Origin: Methanolobus mangrovi
GTDB lineage: Archaea; Halobacteriota; Methanosarcinia; Methanosarcinales; Methanosarcinaceae
Reading direction: 5' to 3'
DNA: 24,000 nucleotides
Assembly: GCF_031312535.1 (NCBI RefSeq)
Contig: NZ_CP133594.1
Location: 1,817,934-1,841,933, forward strand
Shown in pieces: positions 8,421 through 13,989 of this stretch. The first letter of the stretch is position 1. Each line of letters opens with the position of its first letter. A model generated the notes under the pieces. The model saw only the letters and a list, made by a program, of their open reading frames with translations, was not told the DNA's origin and searched no databases. The translations under genes were made by a program, and so were the position numbers.

Positions 8421-8474
8421 AATCTGGATAGATACATTATAAAAGAAAAAAGTGGAATAAATGAGAAAATATGG

Positions 8475-9413
8475 CTAAATTGTCGGGGCCTTATTAAGCC
8501 GGACCCAGAAATTACTGCCGTTTTCAGGAGAATTGCTATCCACACCAACACCACCATTGTGAAGAGTAACTATCTTGTGCACAATTGCAAGACCAAGACC
8601 CGTACCTTTGATACTGCCTTTATTGACCTTATCTAATCTTGAAAAACGGGTGAAGATCATTTCCCTGTCCTGTTCAGGTATACCACTGCCGTTGTCTTTC
8701 ACATTTACCTGCCATTCTTTCCCTGCATCTGATATGGATATATCCACATGACCACCTTTTGGACCATATTTTATGGCATTGGAAATAAGGTTAACAAAAA
8801 CCTGCTCAATAAGGGGATTTACCAATGAGGGGTATGATCTGTCAATACCCATATCCACAGTCATTTCATTTTCCTCGAACTTGGGCATAAAAGTATCCAC
8901 GATATCCTGTAGAATTAAGCCAAGGTCATGAGTAGAATAATCCAGTTCTTCCACAGAATCCAGTTTGGCAAATTCTGCTGCTTTCTCTATAATGTATACA
9001 AGATTTCGGTTGCTCTTTTCTATATTTGTAAGTAGGGACTTTTTCTTTTCATCTTCCTCCCATTCAAGCAGAATAGAAACAAAGCCGTTGACCAAAGAAG
9101 CAGGATTCAGGAGATCATGACGCATAATGTCAGCAAAAAGCTCTTTCAGCTCATTGGAATGTTGTAACTCCTGAGCATACATAATGAGTTCCTGTTTGCT
9201 TTTTTCCAGATCATCGATCCATTGCCTGAACGCAAGACCATATGCCATCATAAGTTCTACAAGTGGTGTGGAAAGGAAACCTACACATTCCATCATATTC
9301 TTTGCAGGAAGGTCAGTGGCTAGCCTTGAGATCGCTAATTCATGTAGTTCAACAATATCTTCCGGAGGGACATTGCACCTGACCAATTCATAGCCTAGAT
9401 CTTCAGAACGCAT
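8475..9413 (-). CDS. Sensor histidine kinase with an RsbU_N-like (RsbT-binding type) N-terminal domain; true N-terminus probably upstream of the first ATG
   Basis: HisKA and HATPase_c motifs are present: H-box FADIMRHDLLNP, N-box NLISNAIKYGPKGG, G-boxes VKDNGSGIP and GTGLGLAIV. The N-terminus (NVPPEDIVELHELAISRL ... LVELMMAYGLAFRQW) aligns with B. subtilis RsbU residues IPPEEIISIH ... IEVMIGYGMAYQEH. There are no TM segments. The frame is open 28 more codons, up to 9497. TAG stop. Confidence 0.85.
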   Translation of the reverse strand: MRSEDLGYELVRCNVPPEDIVELHELAISRLATDLPAKNMMECVGFLSTPLVELMMAYGLAFRQWIDDLEKSKQELIMYAQELQHSNELKELFADIMRHDLLNPASLVNGFVSILLEWEEDEKKKSLLTNIEKSNRNLVYIIEKAAEFAKLDSVEELDYSTHDLGLILQDIVDTFMPKFEENEMTVDMGIDRSYPSLVNPLIEQVFVNLISNAIKYGPKGGHVDISISDAGKEWQVNVKDNGSGIPEQDREMIFTRFSRLDKVNKGSIKGTGLGLAIVHKIVTLHNGGVGVDSNSPENGSNFWVRLNKAPTI

Positions 9414-9497
9414 CAGGTATTTTTCTTCACGAGTGGTAACATAACCTTTCAGAATCCCATAATACCTTTCTTTAAAATCGGTTTCCGTAATAATGCA

Positions 9498-10079
9498 TCA
9501 CCCCTGCATATACACTAATATGGTTGCATCATCAGTCATGCGCCCGTGATCATCCAGTATTTTTTTTGCCAGCTGTTGCTCATCCTGTAGCATGTATGAG
9601 TCATACGATGAAATCTTAATATTTTCAGGAATACCATCAGTCCACATTACCAGAAGATCATTTGTGGAAATATTTGCCCTCTCAATATGTAAATGCCTGA
9701 ATCCACCACCTACGATACCCCAGCTGGAAGGAAAATGAGAAGCTTTTTCACCATATATCATTGTACGAGTATTTCCAATACCCCCATACTCAAGAATACC
9801 CTCATTCTGATCGATGCGGGCGATGCTCATGGCTACACCTCTTGTTTGTTTTATAGCCCTGTCACATCCTGAGAACAGAGTACCAAGAGATTCCTGCAGA
9901 TGAGAGGAAACGTAATCTAAAGCAGCTTTTGCTGCTTCTTCAGCATGTTTACCATGACCGAGTCCATCAACCATACAGAGAGTCAATGTATCATCTTCAA
10001 GCCACCAGTCACACTGGTCTCCACAGTGTATATCACCATTGAACGAACGTGATTCTGTTGCTACTCGCATAAATACCAC
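9498..10079 (-). CDS. rsbX: RsbX-like PP2C-type serine phosphatase (short, single-domain)
   Basis: 193 aa. The segments HCGDQCDWW...LCMVDGLGHGKHAEEAAKAA...TRGVAMSIARID...GIGNTR...LLVMWTDGI are collinear with B. subtilis RsbX (SGDSY...VADGLGSG...RGATASILKI...SVGNVR...IIHTDGL). Start is GTG 10079 or ATG 10070, and both overlap the upstream gene. Confidence 0.85.
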   Translation of the reverse strand: MVFMRVATESRSFNGDIHCGDQCDWWLEDDTLTLCMVDGLGHGKHAEEAAKAALDYVSSHLQESLGTLFSGCDRAIKQTRGVAMSIARIDQNEGILEYGGIGNTRTMIYGEKASHFPSSWGIVGGGFRHLHIERANISTNDLLVMWTDGIPENIKISSYDSYMLQDEQQLAKKILDDHGRMTDDATILVYMQG

Positions 10080-10504
10080 AACCGGGTTGTAATACAGGTC
10101 TTTGAATCGCCTGTTACTGAAATATCTAATTCGTCCATAATCCTTTTAACTGCAGGTAGTCCGGAACCAAGGCCATTGCCCGTGGAATAACCATCCTGCA
10201 AAGCCAGATCCACATCCATTATACCCGGACCAGAATCGTTGGATACTATCTCAATTCCTATGTACCCATCTTTCCGGACCTCCCTGATAGTTATGGAGCC
10301 ACCGTTACTGGCATGGTGAACCAGATTAGAAGCAAGCTCGGATGCAGAAGTCGCGGCTTTATGTGAAGCAAGTTCTGAGAATCCTAGTTTCTTTGCAATT
10401 GACCGAACAGTAGTCTGAACATTTGCAACATGAGACAAGTTCGTTACCTCTACCATCGACTTCAGTCCATTTTCAGGAGACGTGTATTCACAAATTTCAG
10501 ACAT
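10061..10504 (-). CDS. Second RsbT-type GHKL serine kinase paralog
   Basis: 147 aa. The motifs ATSASELASNLVHHA (N-box) and NDSGPGI...DGYSTGNGLGSGLPAVKRIMDEL have the RsbT-type C-terminal signature, not the RsbW-type. An 8-nt ATGTCTGA overlap joins it to the upstream rsbT-like gene. TAG stop. Confidence 0.8.
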   Translation of the reverse strand: MSEICEYTSPENGLKSMVEVTNLSHVANVQTTVRSIAKKLGFSELASHKAATSASELASNLVHHASNGGSITIREVRKDGYIGIEIVSNDSGPGIMDVDLALQDGYSTGNGLGSGLPAVKRIMDELDISVTGDSKTCITTRLWYLCE

Positions 10505-10919
10505 TAGGACGACACATCTCTAAATTTATTTTTGTTAAGCCGGGACGTGATTCTATAGAAAAATCATTCACAAGCCTCTTTGCGCCAGGAAGACCTGCGC
10601 CTAAACCGCCACCAGTCGTATATCCGTCTTCCATGGCCTTATTCAGATCAGCGATCCCCGGACCATAATCTTCGATCTCTACTTTTACCTTGATTTCTGC
10701 CGATGAAACTTCCGTAATGATATGGCATACGCCTTGGCCTGCATATTTAATCACATTCCTTGTCAGCTCAGAGATTGCAGTAGCCATACGAGTCTGATCT
10801 GCGGAACCAAAGCCTATTTCTGCCATTTCTTTTCTGGCAATCTGCCGGGCTATGAGAATATCATCTTCAATCTTGAGATCAATGCTTTTCTCGGCTATGC
10901 TACTCAACCCCTTCTTCAA
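10497..10919 (-). CDS. rsbT: RsbT-like serine kinase (stressosome kinase / switch protein)
   Basis: 140 aa. The segments DILIARQIARKEMAEIGFGSADQTRMATAISELTRNVIKYAG...DYGPGI...MEDGYTTGGGLGAGLPGAKRLVNDF are near-collinear with B. subtilis RsbT (DIVAARQLGRNVAKELGFGTVDQARITTAISELARNIYLYAG...DQGPGI...MEDGFSTSGGLGAGLPGVKRLMDEF). The tracked start is TTG 10919 and overlaps the rsbS end. An alternative TTG at 10907 makes the start uncertain. Confidence 0.88.
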   Translation of the reverse strand: MKKGLSSIAEKSIDLKIEDDILIARQIARKEMAEIGFGSADQTRMATAISELTRNVIKYAGQGVCHIITEVSSAEIKVKVEIEDYGPGIADLNKAMEDGYTTGGGLGAGLPGAKRLVNDFSIESRPGLTKINLEMCRPNV

Positions 10920-11265
10920 TCATTTCAAGAAGCTTGTCAAAGCCTTTGTCGAGATTAAGGGCAGTGTCAACTCCAATAAGTTCCCGCCCCATCTCAACCA
11001 GTGTAAGCGCAACCATTGGCTGCATACCACACAGGACAACGCGAGTACCCATAAGACGTGCCATCCTTGCCGTCTCATTGATCACACGGGCCATGAAAGA
11101 ATCCACAATATCCATTGCAGTTATATCAATGATAAGACCCTTTGAGCCACTTTTTTCAAGAGTTGAAACGACGTCTGATTGATACTTCAGAGCATCATCG
11201 TCAGTCATGTCACTCTGTATTGAAGTGAGCAGGATATTCTTTAGTTTCAGTATTGGTATTTCCAT
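10900..11265 (-). CDS. rsbS: RsbS-like single-STAS-domain stressosome scaffold protein
   Basis: 121 aa, collinear end to end with B. subtilis RsbS. IPILKL.N.LL.SIQ and LIIDITAMDIVDSFMARV match VVIDLTSVDMIDSFIAKV, and GTRVVLCGMQPMVALTLVEMG matches [21 protein letters not shown]. Ser56 aligns with the phospho-acceptor Ser59. GGGTG SD upstream. Confidence 0.9.
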   Translation of the reverse strand: MEIPILKLKNILLTSIQSDMTDDDALKYQSDVVSTLEKSGSKGLIIDITAMDIVDSFMARVINETARMARLMGTRVVLCGMQPMVALTLVEMGRELIGVDTALNLDKGFDKLLEMIEEGVE

Positions 11266-11280
11266 AGGAACACCCGGAGC

Positions 11281-12078
11281 TCATACCATTTTTTTTCCTA
11301 CAATAGCAAAAGCCTTTGAGACACCGTCACGCAATGAACCAGTAGTGATTATACCGCTCATGTCAACTCCGAGAGTCACAATTGTTTGGGCAACATTTGG
11401 ACTGAAACCGGTAATGATTACTTCCGCACCAAGCATTTTGCCGGCACTTACAGTCTTCAGGATATGCTGTGCAACACTTGTATCTATCATTGGAACACCA
11501 GTCACATCAAGTATTGCCACAGCTGCTTCATTTTCAACAATCGAGGATAATAGGTTCTCAATTATCTGCTGAGCACGCATTGTATCGATCACCCCTACTA
11601 ATGGAAGAATCACAATACCATCCCAGAGTTTAATAACAGGTGTTGAAAGTTCCATTATAGTACGGCTGTGAGCCCGGACCTCTGCTTCAATCTTTACCCT
11701 GTCACTTATGTCAATGACATATTCAACTCCACCTATAATGTTACCTTCTTTATCCTTCAATGGAGCTGCAGTATACTCTACAGGGAAGGTTTTGCCAGCA
11801 GCTGTGATCTCATTCCTCCAGACATATACCCTGCCATTTTCCATGGCTTGTTTAACACGGCAATTGTTGGTATTACAATGAGGAGAACGCACCAGGTCAT
11901 AACATTTCTTACCTTCAATGTTCTCAAAATCCTCTCCAAGCCACCTACATCCAACAGCATTAAGAGAAAGGATGTTAAAATCAAGATCAACTGCCATCAC
12001 CATACATGGAAGCTGATCAAGTACATTTTTATTAGAAAAATTATCCATCACAGCAGGAATTTCTGTTTCTGTTTTCAT
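11281..12078 (-). CDS. rsbR: RsbR-like stressosome sensor: N-terminal PAS domain plus C-terminal STAS domain
   Basis: 265 aa. Residues about 15-130 have a PAS pattern (MVMAVDLDFNILSLNAVGCRWLG...GKKCYDL...PLKDKEGNIIGGVEYVIDISDRVKIE). Residues about 145-265 match the RsbR STAS domain: TPVIKLWDGIVILPLVG, LDVTGVPMIDTSVAQHI and ITGFSPNVAQTIVTLG. These correspond to B. subtilis LDITGVPVVDTMVAHHI and GIRPEIAQTIVNLG. Confidence 0.88.
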   Translation of the reverse strand: MKTETEIPAVMDNFSNKNVLDQLPCMVMAVDLDFNILSLNAVGCRWLGEDFENIEGKKCYDLVRSPHCNTNNCRVKQAMENGRVYVWRNEITAAGKTFPVEYTAAPLKDKEGNIIGGVEYVIDISDRVKIEAEVRAHSRTIMELSTPVIKLWDGIVILPLVGVIDTMRAQQIIENLLSSIVENEAAVAILDVTGVPMIDTSVAQHILKTVSAGKMLGAEVIITGFSPNVAQTIVTLGVDMSGIITTGSLRDGVSKAFAIVGKKMV

Positions 12079-12290
12079 ATGAAAGCCTCTCGAATAAACA
12101 ATTATACACTAAATATATATTATAACACTGTATAATAATACATATATATAAACGGGACTGTTAACACAATATGCTTTTTTGCAAATTTGTACAAAAAAAT
12201 AAAATAACCATAAACAATGCATCCTATCCGAAAACCTTAAAAGCAATGTAGCGTATTTCAAATCAATCTCGGCACTTAAATACTGTTTCA
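12079..12290. promoter_or_regulatory. AT-rich divergent promoter region between the stressosome-like operon (minus) and serB (plus)
   Basis: The 212-nt spacer carries several TATA-like boxes on both strands (for example TTTATATATATG and TTATAATATATA on the minus strand). It also holds a 10-bp palindrome TTTGTACAAA flanked by T6/A7 runs (12175-12199). Which box is used cannot be told from sequence. Confidence 0.4.
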
Positions 12291-13019
12291 ATGCGGGATT
12301 CAAATTCCAGGTTTGATGAAGTGAGTTGTACCAGCAATAATTCTGATAGGATAAAGTTAGTAGTTTTTGATATGGATAGCACCCTTATAGATGCTGAAAC
12401 CATTGACGAACTCGCACATGCCGCAGGAGTGGGAGACGAAGTCGCCTCTATTACAGAAAAAGCAATGCGTGGAGAAATTGATTTTTCCAATGCGCTTGTT
12501 GAAAGAGTCAGACTACTAAAAGGACTTACACTCGATGATGCTCATGCCGCGCTTGACAAAATGCCTTTTATGCCCGGTGCGAAAGTACTTGTCAATTACC
12601 TGAAATCCCGAGGTTATAAAACTGCAATGATCTCAGGTGGATTTACCATCGCTGCTGAGCGCGTTGGTGAAACACTTGGCATGGATCATGTGGTTTCAAA
12701 TGAACTACTGATAGACAATGGATGTCTGACAGGAGAAGTAAGGGGGCCCCTTACAGGACAATGCTCTAAGGAACATGTTCTTGAAGAAATCTCCCGAAAA
12801 TATGGATTAGAACCTGAAGAATGTATTGTAGTTGGCGACGGTGCCAACGACATATGTATTTTTAAAAGGGCAAGATATGCCATAGCATTCAATTCCAAAC
12901 CGATTCTCCATGAGCATGCTGATATTGTCATAACAGAAAAGAACCTTGAAGCAGTTATACCGGTTATCCAGTTGTTGGAATCGGAAAAAGGCCAAGTATC
13001 GTGCATTAGAGATGCATGA
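12291..13019 (+). CDS. serB: Phosphoserine phosphatase (HAD superfamily, SerB type)
   Basis: HAD motif I is VVFDMDSTLIDAETIDELA. It is followed by ITEKAMRGEIDF..AL..RV.LLKGL, ISGGF and VVGDGANDI, the classical SerB pattern. TGA stop at 13017-13019. Confidence 0.9.
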   Translation: MRDSNSRFDEVSCTSNNSDRIKLVVFDMDSTLIDAETIDELAHAAGVGDEVASITEKAMRGEIDFSNALVERVRLLKGLTLDDAHAALDKMPFMPGAKVLVNYLKSRGYKTAMISGGFTIAAERVGETLGMDHVVSNELLIDNGCLTGEVRGPLTGQCSKEHVLEEISRKYGLEPEECIVVGDGANDICIFKRARYAIAFNSKPILHEHADIVITEKNLEAVIPVIQLLESEKGQVSCIRDA

Positions 13020-13920
13020 AATGCCAGCTCTTTTGCTGGACCGGGAGGATAATAAAGAAATGATAAAAGAACTTAACGACAAGAAGACTGAGCTTAAGAC
13101 ACAGTCAGAAGAATACAAAGAGAAACGTAACGAGCTTAATGCAGAGGCAAGCACACTTGCATCAAAGCGCAATGAGCTGAACAAGAAGACTAAGGACCTT
13201 ATCAACGAAGCACAGGAATACAAGGTACTCCGTGACGAGAACAACGAAAAGGTAAAGGAATACAAGGTACTCCGTGATGAGGTCAACAACAAGGCAAACG
13301 ACGTATTTGCGAAGATAGACCAGATCCGCAATGAGAATAACCTTGGTGGACCTTCGATCAAAGACATACGCAAGGAGATCGACAGACTCGAGTTTGCACA
13401 GCAGACAGAAGTCCTCACAACCAATAAGGAAAGAGAATTGGTCAACAAGATCACTGAACTCCAGAAGCAATATGTTGTAAAGAAGCAGCAACTTGAAGGA
13501 AATGAAGAACTCAAGAAACTGCTGGACGATGCACAGGAGATCAGGGACGAAGCTTCAAATCATCACGCTACACTTTCAGAGTATGCACAGAAGGCACAGG
13601 AATATCATGACAAGATGATCACTACCTTCAAAGAAGCCGACAAGATTCGCGCAGAATCTGATGCTGCTCACAAAGAATTCGTCCAATTCCAGGAAAAAGC
13701 TGACGAACAGCACAAACTCTTCATTGCAGCACAGAAAGAGATCCGCGACATCGACAAGGAACTCCGCAAGATGAAGAAAGGAGATTTCGACGGTAAGAAG
13801 GAAGCTGCAAGGGCAGATGCACGCAAGGATGCAGAAGACATCTTTGACAATTTCAAGTCCGGTGGAAAGCTTACTATGGAGAACCTGATGGCACTCCAGA
13901 GATCAGGATTCCTAAAATAA
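13012..13920 (+). CDS. Archaeal coiled-coil protein (COG1340-like), K/E-rich
   Basis: The tracked ORF starts at 12946 inside serB. The first ATG after the serB C-terminus is 13012 (MHEMPALLL...), with an 8-nt overlap, and a second ATG sits at 13021. The protein is almost entirely heptad-like and charged (ELNDKKTELKTQSEEYKEKRNELNAEA...). A strong terminator follows. Confidence 0.7.
   Translation: MHEMPALLLDREDNKEMIKELNDKKTELKTQSEEYKEKRNELNAEASTLASKRNELNKKTKDLINEAQEYKVLRDENNEKVKEYKVLRDEVNNKANDVFAKIDQIRNENNLGGPSIKDIRKEIDRLEFAQQTEVLTTNKERELVNKITELQKQYVVKKQQLEGNEELKKLLDDAQEIRDEASNHHATLSEYAQKAQEYHDKMITTFKEADKIRAESDAAHKEFVQFQEKADEQHKLFIAAQKEIRDIDKELRKMKKGDFDGKKEAARADARKDAEDIFDNFKSGGKLTMENLMALQRSGFLK
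13215..13298 (+). repeat. Two tandem 42-nt (14-codon) units inside the coiled-coil gene
   Basis: Unit 1 spans 13215-13256 and unit 2 spans 13257-13298. The first 21 nt are identical (GGAATACAAGGTACTCCGTGA) and 36 of 42 positions match by hand count. The units encode EYKVLRDENNEKVK / EYKVLRDEVNNKAN. Confidence 0.8.
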
Positions 13921-13930
13921 TCAAAATTTA

Positions 13931-13982
13931 GAGGGTGATATTCACCCTCCTTTCAACTGTTTTTTGTTGAAACTTTTTTTTG
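13931..13982. terminator. Bidirectional terminator region between convergent genes (two hairpins plus T-tracts)
   Basis: The first hairpin is GAGGGTGA-tat-TCACCCTC (13931-13949). The second is TTTCAAC-tgtttttt-GTTGAAA (13951-13972), followed by T8 (13974-13981). The reverse strand shows equivalent hairpins followed by T-rich sequence. Confidence 0.65.
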
Positions 13983-13989
13983 AACAATA

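Noticed and set aside
8354-8477. TAG stop of the histidine kinase as a possible pyrrolysine read-through site; the frame stays open about 43 more codons
   Set aside because: TAG also ends the UPF0148-like gene, the rsbS-like gene and the second RsbT-like kinase gene in this window, so it is an ordinary stop here. The extension would run through the mtd promoter into mtd out of frame, encodes hydrophobic junk, and the HATPase domain is already complete.
10423-11572. Plus-strand ORFs 10423..10668, 10722..10958, 10852..11145, 10934..11182 and 11207..11572 across the stressosome-like operon
   Set aside because: They are antisense to genes with strong residue-level homology to RsbT/RsbS/RsbR. They show no recognisable motifs and have odd compositions.
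11860-11904. NNCRVKQ / GKKC resemblance to the LOV-domain GxNCRFLQG flavin-Cys motif, suggesting a blue-light YtvA-like sensor
   Set aside because: The aligned position reads GKKCYDLVR. The Asn, Arg and Gln residues that bind FMN are missing, and the downstream NCRVKQ is out of register with the LOV fold, so I do not call it a LOV domain.
12807-13514. 235-aa Ser/Leu/Phe-rich minus-strand ORF
   Set aside because: It is antisense to the K/E-rich coiled-coil gene and to the serB 3' end. The low-complexity composition is the complement of the GAA/AAG-rich sense strand. The sense gene has the proper start overlap and terminator.
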